Positions 53,601 through 64,000 of a DNA stretch of 64,000 nt are shown here, in pieces. This stretch comes from Lingula anatina (Eukaryota > Animalia > Brachiopoda). The notes beneath the pieces are model-generated. The model was not told the DNA's origin. It did no database searches and saw only the letters and a program-made list of their open reading frames with translations. Position 1 is the first letter of the stretch. Every line of letters starts with the position of its first letter. The DNA lies in NCBI GenBank assembly GCA_051362555.1, contig CM120645.1:23278934-23342933 (forward strand), given 5' to 3'. A program made the position numbers and the translations under genes.

Positions 53601-53820
53601 CTAAGAGTGACCCGATCATGCTGATTTTCGAACTTGACCTGCGTATTATGAATATTCATCAGTTCTGCAAGTTTCAAATCAAAAGGCAAAATGGTTTTCC
53701 ACTTATCGTGTTATCGGTAAAAGTGCACGGCGACGGCGACGGCGACGGCGACAGCGACGACGGCGACGACGGCGACGACAGACGCAGATGATGGCTATAT
53801 GTGTCTGTACATAAAAAAAA
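49737..53820 (-). mobile_element. Large composite HINE-like element, copy 3 (upstream of MFSD5)
   Basis: Same left terminus and internal arrays. The right palindrome has lost one arm (ggctatatgtgtctgtacat). Confidence 0.75.
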
Positions 53821-54666
53821 ACAAAAAAACTCAGTGTTGAAACGATAATGTTTCTGGCGAACAGGCGATGCAATCTAATTAATTAACTACAGTCTCAGAT
53901 AATCTTCATCTACCACCTGCGCCCACAGAAGAAAACAGCAATGGGAGAAATAGGTCAAATCGTTATTATTCACGCTACGTGCCGTGTTAATACGCCGTTA
54001 ATATACATCGAGCGAATATAGCCAGTGGAATATCTGCAATATCAGGTAGGTGTCAAGTAAACGTGATCATTATAGCTGCTGTCAACATGCACTAAATAAA
54101 GCCCCAAATGGACGAAAGATGCTACTTCAGACTGGAATGTCTCGTAAATTGTTTAGCAGTTCAATGCGGTAAACAGATAGGCCTACATATATATAGTGTT
54201 GTTTCTTTCACAGACCTAGACGGAGATCCCGTTACCGCAGTGTCAGCTTCTTTGTCATAGCTTCTGTATCGACTGAACTTCTTCATGCGACAGAACAGAG
54301 TGGTATATAATTCTGTGGGGACCACGGAGAGATGAGGTGAGGCGCATCTCTAAATTTCAAACTGTACGTCTGATATTAGAGGTAGGCCTATATATATGGC
54401 ACTTGTGCATATACCCTGGGGTGATATTTATTTACACGTGTTTAACAAGCCCTAGTTCTTACATACGATGTATCTACACTCCCGGTGGCGACGATAAATA
54501 TTTCACGATAAATAATACGATAAATATTTCAATAGACAATAGGCAAGAGATGCGTGAACACGCGCTGAACATAGAAAAGCTTTGGAGCCGGCAACGAGGG
54601 GTGGGGATGTAGCTATTTTCAACTATGTACGTCAGTCAAAAGTGGTGCAGAAAGTAAGATTGATGC

Positions 54667-54709
<43 letters not shown>

Positions 54710-55625
54710 CGCCGTCTCTTTTTTTCTGACCCCCCCCCCCCACACGCGCGCGTGCGTGCGCGTTTCCTCAGTACCTGGTGTACAGTGACGTAGATCTAAT
54801 AATTCTGGGGTCAGGTTGTAGAGGGTTTGGGTGGGGGTGGGGTGGAGGAAGGAGAGAGCTGTGAGGGGTGAGAGTTTGTAATATTGGTAGGTCGTAACTC
54901 GTAAGCATGTCGGACGCTGGCTGCCTCTCTCCTTACTTCGATCTACTATTAGAAGAAATCAATACGTGTACGGCATTTGAGTTAGTGTTTTTATTCTCCT
55001 GTGGCTGCTCATTCCTGTACTCCCTTTGCGTGTGAATACGTTTATTGATGTCAGTGCCTGCCTCAGTTTATTACCCTGAGTTTGGTAAGGTCCAGCTAAC
55101 GGTTAGTTTGCCTGCCTGACTGACTGGCTGTGTGGCCCGCTGTCTATTTTTTTATTTATTTAATTTTAACATTTAAACAATAACTGTGGTTCGCCATTAC
55201 CTGTGTTCTGCCATAGTCTTAAAGCTCTAAAAGCATCACAATATCTTCCAAAAGTTCATAGTTCTTTAAAACCTGAGGTCAGTGGCAATAGCTTACGTCA
55301 TGCCACTAGCAGTACATTAATTAGGTCCACTGTTATAAACAACCGTTCATTAGGTAGTGGGGGAATACCAGGAGACGTGCTTTTACGTAATTTCTTAAAT
55401 TGTTTTTAATGTATATTAAATCACCGAATTCTAGGTAGTTCGACATTTTAAAATACCTTTAGTAAATTTTTTTTTTTTCTAAAAGAATTCTAAAATTTAT
55501 TTGGTCTTAAACTGTTTTTGTTTACAACCATAAAAAATAAGCAGCATAAAAGTCCGATTACCACAAAATAGGCTTAAACATTATTTTAGTAATGTTAAAA
55601 TTAAAACTTTTGTTGTTTCAGAAAG

Positions 55626-56453
55626 ATGTTTGGAGGCAGTCTTGTACTACACCTGTCAGCGCTGTTGATGTTACACCTTGTCGAAGGGGAGGAACCATCA
55701 CCAACTCCACCCTCACCAGTTATTGCACCAGAGTGCCCTTTCTTTAAGGCACAGACCCCCAAAATCCTTGGCTCAAAGTTCAAAGTTGAATTCAGCCTGG
55801 TTACAACAGCAATAAACTCCAGTCGAACATTTAAGGACGAGCTGTTTCACTCCCAGGATGTAATACAGGGTAAAGTTGTCGACTACCGCATGGGAAACGT
55901 CACTGTCGGAGCCAAGGGTACCTGTTTGACGTGTGACGCCACGTGCTCTTCGTGTGACGTCACGTTAGCTATCGGTGGATACGTGGAGCCAGGTGTGACG
56001 CAATACATTCTCCCACAGCACTATTATGACGTGGACCTTATATGTGTGGTAAAACATAACGTACCTGCCCTGACGTACAGAGCTCTCCCAGCTCGAATAA
56101 CGCTGGCGACCACTTGTGATTTTAGCCACGTACGACCGAACGCTGAATACATCTTTACTGGACGAGTGACCACTTTAAGCCCTAAGCTCAACTTTGAGCT
56201 TAAATATGCCTATAAAATGCTTGACGAAAAAGTCGAACTTCTTCGCCAGCTGTGTGGCTTTCGATCGCCGGAGATATCACCGACGTTGGCTGACTATAGC
56301 CAGTGTTCAACGTACGGGACAGACCCCGACATGCCTTGTGAAGCAGTTGCAGCGGCTTCTATATCACGCATTGCATACATAGCATCAGTTTTTCCTATTA
56401 CTTTCACTTTATATACTTTTTGTTATAGTTCAATTAATTGTCGTTTTATTTAA
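55626..56453 (+). CDS. Cys-rich cell-surface protein, NtA/TIMP/NTR-like fold, probable GPI anchor (paralogue A, 275 aa)
   Basis: Acceptor (ttttgttgtttcag) 4 nt before ATG; signal peptide; motif series C...VIQGKV...CVVK...C...V.P...YIF...CG...C...C; hydrophobic C-terminus. Clearly homologous to 58477 and 61321. Confidence 0.8.
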   Translation: MFGGSLVLHLSALLMLHLVEGEEPSPTPPSPVIAPECPFFKAQTPKILGSKFKVEFSLVTTAINSSRTFKDELFHSQDVIQGKVVDYRMGNVTVGAKGTCLTCDATCSSCDVTLAIGGYVEPGVTQYILPQHYYDVDLICVVKHNVPALTYRALPARITLATTCDFSHVRPNAEYIFTGRVTTLSPKLNFELKYAYKMLDEKVELLRQLCGFRSPEISPTLADYSQCSTYGTDPDMPCEAVAAASISRIAYIASVFPITFTLYTFCYSSINCRFI

Positions 56454-57064
56454 GTCTAAACGCTTAAAATTGTACGCCAAACCCAAGACGGACTCATAAA
56501 AGAACATATGGGGCCTATATTATATTTTTGTTTGGCAACTACAGTAAGAAATCACTCACTGTCCTTTGGAAAATATCAGTGATGAAAGCCGTGGTCATAT
56601 ATTCATGTATGTATATATACTATAGTGTTCATCGACTTCATCATCGTACAGAAAATTGCCACTGAAACCTCGATCGGTTCATAAAATGACATAAAGTCTG
56701 TTACAATGTGAAACACCTCTATACCATGTTATACCAAATAGTCATCTTTCTTGTATCCCCCCCCCCCCCCCCAAGTTGTCTTCAATTATAGCCTACTGTT
56801 GTGTTAACGGTGACCCTGTAGAAGAGCTTTATGCACGAGCTCGAGGATGACGTCACAACACGGTGTCAGCAGCACTGTGATAATGTATGACCGCTGTGGA
56901 ATGAGTCACTGGAGAAAAACCAGTTTTGAAATCTTTCCAGGAAAAAGGATGTTCGTTGCGGTATAAAGCAAAGAGAAAGTTGCGAAATTTAACCATTTGC
57001 AGGTGGACATAAAGAAGGTAAGTCGGCGTGTGTGAGTGTGGCTCGACATATGAACATGGTATTG

Positions 57065-57232
57065 CAGGGGCCGATCCAGAGATATAATCTGACAGTCTTC
57101 CAAATTATCTTTATTAATCTATCCTCCATTTTTGACTGTCTTCCAACGGAAAAAATTAGATACCCGTCAATGTAAACTTGAAAATCTGACTGTCTTCCAG
57201 AAGACCCAGAAGACGGCCTAAATCCGCCCCTG
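57065..57232 (+). mobile_element. MITE, same family as 17837-18001
   Basis: caggggccgatccaga...ctgacagtcttcc...agaagacccagaagacggcctaaatccgcccctg; tattg on both flanks. Confidence 0.75.
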
Positions 57233-58000
57233 TATTGTGTGTGTTGTGAATGGTAGAGGAAACGTTATTGCTCGCGTAGTTTAGTGACCTATATTTGAGA
57301 CTATACATAAAGCCAGTGCAGAGGTGAGATTTTACCGGATCTAAATGGGGTCAGTGAAGCTGGGACGTAAATGTAAAGGGTGTAGGCCCCTATAGACGCT
57401 GTTTAGACATTTTGAACACCTGTCTTCTGTCCACTATAGGTCATCTGCTGCAGACGGGTTACCGCCATTTCTATAAAGCACTAGTAGGTCTAATTGATCT
57501 CCTCACTGTATTATGTCGCAGAGTAGCACAAAGACCGCATTGCGTAGGGCTTTTATTCGCAACACACTTGCCGATAATAATTGCATATGGCTACTGTATA
57601 TTTACCAGGATAGTTGCTGTTTTGCCGTAAGTGTTGGCACAGTCGTTTTTTTAGACTTGCAATTCACGCCCCCAGATATATTGATTTTAACATAAATAAG
57701 CGGAATACGGGGGGAATACTCTGCGAGACGACCTGCGTCATTTATTTCCAACATTGCGTCGAATATCACAGGACTGTAGCCAGCACTTCCAAAAGAAAAG
57801 AGAATCTTTTACGTCCTCTTTACACTGTTTTTGTCCATTAATTGACCCACTGGTTGTTGAAAGTCCCACCCGCCTGAACCGTTGCTGTGGTAACTGACGT
57901 CATATTGCAACAGCCCCTATCTTGAGATGTCATCCAGATATGAGGCAATTCAAGTCTGTGCATACACTTGTGTGTGTGCGTGCATTATGTAATATGGCAT

Positions 58001-58388
58001 CAGAATAGAAGAAAACACAATTTTGGGTGCTGCTGCCATGATGACCATTATGGGAAAACCATGTTACTTATGATTGCCAAACTTTCAAAAAAAAAAAAAA
58101 AAATACAGGACTAAAATGCAGCCTGAGTTGGAAAAGTAGTCTAATTGGCTTCTTTTTCTGGAAGTTATACATTTTCAAAGTGTGAACTTGAACTCCCATG
58201 GGCCTGAAGCCTTATGCTTGTTACACATTTTACTTACATTGTTATTACCTGTTGAGCATAATTAAAATTTGATGTTGAATTTGCAGTTTAACATAATGTA
58301 CTTTTGCATCAGAATTGACAGTAGCCTATTTTGTGCATAGTTATTTCCTGTTTTTTGTCTGTACATTTGACAGCTTTGCTGCCTTGTT
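58001..58388 (+). mobile_element. Truncated, inverted member of the large HINE family
   Basis: Ends tgtctgtacatttgacagctttgctgccttgtt, the reverse complement of the terminus at 30747/38655/49737; the interior matches 40350-40510 in reverse. Confidence 0.75.
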
Positions 58389-58476
58389 ATTTACTTATTA
58401 ATACAGTAGGAACAGAGGAAGTTTTTTATTCGGGTCGTCTGTCAGTAAAATTCCTTTGTATCTTCTCTTCCAGATA

Positions 58477-59292
58477 ATGGCACCGATGGTGATAGCTGTG
58501 TTGTGCTTGTGTTTCATACAGGGATCTCTGTCACAGACCTCCACGACGCTAGCGCCGCCTATCTACGCCGGGGACTGCCCGTTCTTCAAAGCCACTAGTG
58601 TATCAGTCCTAGGTCCTTCTCCGCCTTCGAATTTCAACTTTGTTTCCAATGAACTCAACTCTTCAAAGCCATTTAATGAAGTTCTTTACTATAACCAGGA
58701 GGCAATCCATGGCCGGGTTGTGGATTATTACGTCACGAATGTCTCCGCCAGCGTCAAGGGGAGCTGTCTCTCGTGCCTGGACAACACGTGTGACAAGTGT
58801 GACGTAGACATCCAGTTGGGGTCGGGCGGTGGCGCTATAACAATCCCAGGGCCGTTAACGAGGGTGATTCTCCCCTTGTACGTGTACGTAGTGGAGCTCT
58901 ACTGCGTTTTAAAGCACTCCAAGTCAGATTTGAAATCGGACGCATTGCCGCGAGGCAACATCAGCCTGGGCTCCACGTGCGACTTCACCCACGTCAGACC
59001 GGGCCAGGATTACATCTTCGTCGGTTCACTGGAAACCGGCTCCAACTTCAGACTGCGTATGAAATATGCGTACCAAGCCACGCCAGCCCGCGTGCAGACC
59101 CTGCGGGAGCTGTGCGGGTTCCGTACCCCCGTTCTCTCCCCCATCCTCTCCAACTCCAGCATGTGCGCCACCGAGGGAGCCTCCAGCACAGAGGGGGCGT
59201 GTGTCAAGGTTAGCGCAGCGGCTTCGCCACAGATCTCGGCTCTTGCTTACCTGTTTGTCATGGCGTTCTTTGCGGTGAACGGAAAGTATTAG
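58477..59292 (+). CDS. Cys-rich cell-surface NtA/TIMP-like protein, probable GPI anchor (paralogue B, 271 aa)
   Basis: Acceptor tcttctcttccag ends at 58473, ATG at 58477. Signal peptide MAPMVIAVLCLCFIQGSLS. Shares CPFFKA, G.VVDY, C..C...C..CDV, TCDF.HVRP, YIF.G, KYAY, LCGFR.P with paralogue A. Hydrophobic tail after SAAAS. Confidence 0.82.
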   Translation: MAPMVIAVLCLCFIQGSLSQTSTTLAPPIYAGDCPFFKATSVSVLGPSPPSNFNFVSNELNSSKPFNEVLYYNQEAIHGRVVDYYVTNVSASVKGSCLSCLDNTCDKCDVDIQLGSGGGAITIPGPLTRVILPLYVYVVELYCVLKHSKSDLKSDALPRGNISLGSTCDFTHVRPGQDYIFVGSLETGSNFRLRMKYAYQATPARVQTLRELCGFRTPVLSPILSNSSMCATEGASSTEGACVKVSAAASPQISALAYLFVMAFFAVNGKY

Positions 59293-61320
59293 AGCCAGTG
59301 GACGGAAAATATTAAAACAGGACTGCGAAATGACCCGTCCTCCCCACACAGAGGTTGTTTTAATATATTTCTGATAATACTCCTGGGTAACATGTTGGAC
59401 ATTGCCAACGGACTATATGCCCTTGTCTTACGAGGACGTTAAAATCCCTGCTTTGGCAGATTTAAAGTGAAATCAGTGTAACGATACACACGAGTGACTT
59501 GTCTATCTGCAAGATATGTCAATTATGTATCTCTGTCACTTGCGGATTTTGTTTCTTTGATTTTTGACGTACGACCGGTGTATTAATTGAAACACTGCGC
59601 TAAAAAACTTGTAACGCACAAACACAAATATTTAGAGTTGTGTCGCATTGTGTGTGCAAAATTTAGTAAGTTCAATTATCCCGACCTTGTTTGCCTATTT
59701 AGGTGAAGGTAGAACTTTGTAAAATATTTTTTTTACGTAATGCTGTCCTGTGGATCGTTTTTATGGCTGAGATATACCTAAAAGCAACATTGAGATCCGT
59801 CTATTTTATGATTTTTATGATTCCAAAATCATTTAGACTTCCATATTTTTTATTTGAAGAATTATTTTGAGATATTTTTAACCGATTTTGATTTGTTACT
59901 GTGTATTAAACGTTTATTACTTTTCTGCTTGAATAAAAACATTACAAACATCTTTAATTATATTAGATAAAAACATTTTTGTGATTGTCTAGATTAAATA
60001 TTTGAAACTGTTTATTACGTGGATGGAAAAGTAATTTCTATATAATTTTCCTTAACCTGGCTTGTACAAACAGCGGGTTTGTATGAAATATGGCGGTGAT
60101 TTGAATGCTTATACTGAATTTCAGATCAGCATTTCTCACTAAATCTGTAAATTATTGAACGATTTAGTCGCACCCTGAACATTTTTTTGTTCGGAATGGA
60201 AAATATGAAATGTTATTATCCGGCGCGATTGCATCTGGCGAGTTTTAAGAGAAGACGGGTGGGAGTAAAACAATTTCGCCGCGTCTTCCGGAAGGCGGTT
60301 AAAATTAGTCTTAGGATTTGGTAGCTGGTATCATGAATGCAACATTTACAAAGGGAAAATTTACATTTCTGAATTGAATTTTTAAAAAAGCAACGATGAA
60401 GAAAAGCCTGTCTAAAATTCTGAACCGGCTCCTGTCTAGGCGATTGCCCTCGCTGTTTTCCACTTATAGTCATTTAAAAACGTCTTCCGACTTCCGCTCC
60501 TAAATAGTCTTTGTGTGAACTCGCATTTAGTGTCATCGTAAAGGCCCTGTGGCATCTAGCGTAAAGAGGTGCTCATGAATGTCGCATGTAAAATCGATTA
60601 CACGCACAACTGTCAGCGAGAGAAATCGCCCTCTTTTTAACGCAAAGAAATAAGCATATTAAACAGCGCATGGACTTGTATTTGAACATGCTCACAACAT
60701 TTATCTTCTTTTGCCTGCATACTAGAGGGCTATACGGTAACGTCTAACGGATCCTTTGCGTTTCTCTGCGTAAGGCCAATTTTTCACATGCGTTTTAAAG
60801 TATAGTTTTAACATATAGTCAAAAAAACTATACGCTATATACGAGTGACAGTACCTTGAAAATAACTACCAAACACATTTTCGTTAAGCAATGTACTACA
60901 ATGTTAACGAGACCTGTGTAGTTTGTACGTGATAGATGTACTAGTAAGAGGGGGGGGGGGGGGGGGGGCAATATGATACATCATATGGAATTTCACATCT
61001 TTGATTTCCGTGAAAGATGGGAAGTCTTCACTGCAGATATGTGAGGTCGGTGCGTGTTGGGTGACAGTAATGATAGGGTATGTGACATCTTCGATTCCGA
61101 GCCTTTTGTTCGTTGACCACAAGGCACGCTATAAGAGTTTATTGCAAAGACTCAAACTGCTCCTAGTTCAGTGTGTTGTTCACCAGGCTGCTGCCTTATA
61201 ATTGCATTTGGCCACTATGCGCGAGAAATGGGTCGAATACGCTATCAATGTCACGTTAATGGCTCTGACTCATCGGATGAAATGCCATACACAGGTATTG
61301 TCGAACACCACACTTTCAAG

Positions 61321-62187
61321 ATGGCGTGCGTTTTCACACCTGACAACTTCAAACGTGCATTCTTGCTGATTTCAGCGTACCTGTGCAGCGCACGTGTTAG
61401 CAACGCCGAGATGACGAACGGGGCGCTGTATGCGGGGGAGTGCGGGCTCCGGGGTGGGTTTAAGGACACCATCCAAGGCTACCCTCCATTAGACTTAAAC
61501 ATACTGCCAGTGGATGACATTAATTCGCTCAGCCTTGATGCGGGAATATTCATCCTTGACTCTGTGTTGTACGGGCAAGTGTCGGAAACCAGTATACGGA
61601 ATGAGACAGTAGCGGCCAACATCGGGTGTTACCCAAATGGAACGGGATGCACCAGCCTCCGGTTTCTTAACTCCACAGCGAACGCGTCGGACGCTATCGT
61701 CGCTAACAACAGCCGGGCTATGGTGTTTACTGTATACAGTTACAAGTTTGACGTGTCTTGTGTGTTGAAAAACGAAGGAAACACGGGAAATCCGAAGATT
61801 CCAGCAGAAATATTTATAGGATCAACCTGCTCTTTAGACAGATATTTAAACAAACAAAGCAAGTGGATTGTTCTCGGGTCCTTGAGGTATGAGGAAGACG
61901 CAAACGGAGCGCGTCCATCCGGTTATCGGTTTAGACTGAGGGCTGCTTATGAGGCCAGCACGGACAATTTAAAGAAGACGGCCAACACCTGTGGGCACCG
62001 TGCCGAGCTACCAGAAGGGAAAGATCCCAAAGACATTGACCGATACTGTCCGAGCCTCAAGTATGTTGTCGCTGACAGAGGTTGTAGTGGCCAGTCCGCA
62101 CTTACCTCCGCTGGGGTGCGGGCGTATGCTGTTCTGGTGCTGACGGCGGCGTTTTTTGCGGGACGTTTAATTCCTAAAACTGTTTAA
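61321..62187 (+). CDS. Cys-rich cell-surface NtA/TIMP-like protein, probable GPI anchor (divergent paralogue C, ~288 aa)
   Basis: ATG at 61321 directly after ctttcaag; weak signal peptide. YAGEC, VLYGQV, CVLK, IGSTC, FRLRAAY and CG...C...C align with A and B. Hydrophobic C-terminus after SGQSA. Confidence 0.78.
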   Translation: MACVFTPDNFKRAFLLISAYLCSARVSNAEMTNGALYAGECGLRGGFKDTIQGYPPLDLNILPVDDINSLSLDAGIFILDSVLYGQVSETSIRNETVAANIGCYPNGTGCTSLRFLNSTANASDAIVANNSRAMVFTVYSYKFDVSCVLKNEGNTGNPKIPAEIFIGSTCSLDRYLNKQSKWIVLGSLRYEEDANGARPSGYRFRLRAAYEASTDNLKKTANTCGHRAELPEGKDPKDIDRYCPSLKYVVADRGCSGQSALTSAGVRAYAVLVLTAAFFAGRLIPKTV

Positions 62188-63625
62188 GTGTTTTTTTTAG
62201 TTTTAAATAATTGGATCTATGATGTAAATTACATGTATTAACCCCCCCCCAAAAAAAACTTTTTCCCTTACATTCCATGTTAAGTATTGGCATATTTTAG
62301 CTTGTTTATATTTGGAAACATTAGTAACCGTATTCAATCGGTGCGTCATCCCAGGGAAGATACATACATATAAACATGATACCTAACCGTGACCTTAAAG
62401 TGTTTGACACCTACTTTTTACATTGAGGATTTTTAAAAACGTTTTTATAGTATTATAGCCCCTACTGAGAAAATGTAACTATTGACTTCAGACAGTCACG
62501 GAAGACGCTGTCGGCGTGTTTATGACACCAAGTACGTCTTTTATGGCGGCAGTAAACAGAGATAACTGTGTGTTAGAAGACGGCTTCATATTATCACAGG
62601 TGCTTGCGTCGTGTAAACTATGGACAAATGTGTCGTGGCTTTTTATGGCGCCTTTTATTGTTATTTATATGAAATATCTTTTAACTTTTGTGTTTTTTAT
62701 TTAACATCAGTCTACGACATTCTGGTGCATGTCAGTTTTATTTAGTTGCTGTAAAATAGGTAGAATATTTTATATTAAAAGGGCATTTTTTTATTAAAAT
62801 GACATTTCCTTCATTGAGACTTGCTATAGTGCGACACAAATTTAAGACCAAATGTTTATTTTTGATTTGGAAAATGCTTGAAGACTGGGCTTTTCCAACA
62901 AAGTGGATGCTATTTATTATCCATAAGAGTACATATGAATCCGTCTACAGGTCATTCAAAATTGCAAAGGGGTGAATTGTTTCATTAATGATTTATACGC
63001 ATCTGAGACATAACGAAGCCCTGATTTTAGTTTGCCTGCAGATATTCATAGCCGTCGAAATTCCATTAATAGTTTATCAATAATTAAATAAATCAATGAA
63101 TTTATCAATCTATGAATGAATCAATCGAATTTGACAAACAGCACTATTATATTAAAAATAATTATTCTCAGCAAAAAAAAAAAAAAAATCGTCGTTTCAT
63201 AGAACATTCAGTACTTGGGTTCGATCACTTGCCTCTTGTCGAAATGCAAAATCAGGCACAAGAAACTCTGGCTGACAGAAGTCATGTCTGTATACAGTAT
63301 ACAATGTGTAATGTGCTTAATAATTATGAACCCTCTGTTCTGTTGACCTTACAGGAAATAAAAGCAGTTCTTATCCGTCACGTCCTCAAATTACGATGGT
63401 CCAACTATACCCGTAAAGAGTGATGCTGAATTGAATTCCGGTGGTTCTCAAAATCCATGACATTTTCGGAGAGCTCGGTTAATGCAAGGATGTCCTTGGT
63501 TTATAGAGGGCAGCTTTCAATAATAATTATGAAAAAAACACGCTGCTCTTTTAAAATATATGTAATGTCATTAGACGCTTGACTTTGATTGTAACAGCCG
63601 TAGATTTACGACCACTTTCAACTTA

Positions 63626-64000
63626 TCACAGCGTTTTAAAGAACAATGCTTCAGCAATCTTGCGCGGCGGAGGACCGGTCATGTTGGCTGGAAGGGCACC
63701 AGGGCCGTTTCTTTCCGTATTTCGTGACCTTTTCAACTTATCATAGTACTTATCACGGATGATAGAAAGACAGTCTCTGTCTGATGTAATGCATCCTGCA
63801 TGGAAAGACTTGGCAACCTCCTGAATTATCCCGAATAACCCACTATTCCAGACCTCAATGGCACGATAGAGGGCGTTGTTCGGCGACTGTTTGTAGACGG
63901 CGAGTTGTCTAGCATAGTCTCTGAAATCCGTCTTCTCTTTTTCGGTAATCAAGCTTTCAACACAAAGGCGATGGACGAGATCTTCCAAATTAAAGGGGCA
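63626..64000 (-). CDS. 3' end of an unidentified protein-coding gene continuing beyond the window
   Basis: Frame is open from the window edge (CPFNLEDLVHRLC...ALFFKTL*), GC content is above the flanks and composition is globular-like. No family recognised. Confidence 0.6.
   Translation of the reverse strand, partial: CPFNLEDLVHRLCVESLITEKEKTDFRDYARQLAVYKQSPNNALYRAIEVWNSGLFGIIQEVAKSFHAGCITSDRDCLSIIRDKYYDKLKRSRNTERNGPGALPANMTGPPPRKIAEALFFKTL

Noticed and set aside
34367-53791. Recurrent short ORFs (MKLTELMNI..., [11 protein letters not shown]..., [10 protein letters not shown]...)
   Set aside because: Chance frames in the ~145-bp satellite of the HINE copies; not kept open across units and no domain signal.
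61171-61320. 50-codon N-terminal extension of paralogue C in the ORF track
   Set aside because: Starts at GTG and would bury the signal peptide. ATG 61321 follows an AG, like the other two paralogues.

Overview
AT-rich, intron-rich animal genomic DNA from an invertebrate. The repeat landscape suggests a mollusc-like spiralian, but this is inference. Reading splice sites by hand gives, in order: (1) the last coding exon and a probably long 3' UTR of a Kv4/Shal potassium channel (+); (2) a 2-exon CCDC51/MITOK gene (-); (3) a 5-exon BTB-BACK-Kelch gene (-) whose 13-nt last coding exon completes a CCIM CaaX box and whose intron 2 starts with a 44-bp minisatellite built from the exon-intron junction; (4) a head-to-head IRAK4 gene with 12 coding exons (+); (5) a convergent 13-exon MFSD5 gene (-); (6) three tandem single-coding-exon paralogues for Cys-rich, probably GPI-anchored NtA/TIMP-like proteins (+); (7) the 3' end of an unidentified gene at the right edge (-). 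Mobile DNA includes a PIF/Harbinger-type element whose left TIR is interrupted by an element with an 8-bp TSD carrying a RecQ-type helicase fragment. There are also three co-oriented 4-4.6 kb Helentron-like (HINE) composites, small HINEs, MITEs and microsatellites. No prokaryotic system, CRISPR array, rRNA or convincing tRNA was seen. All gene models are manual and have no transcript support.
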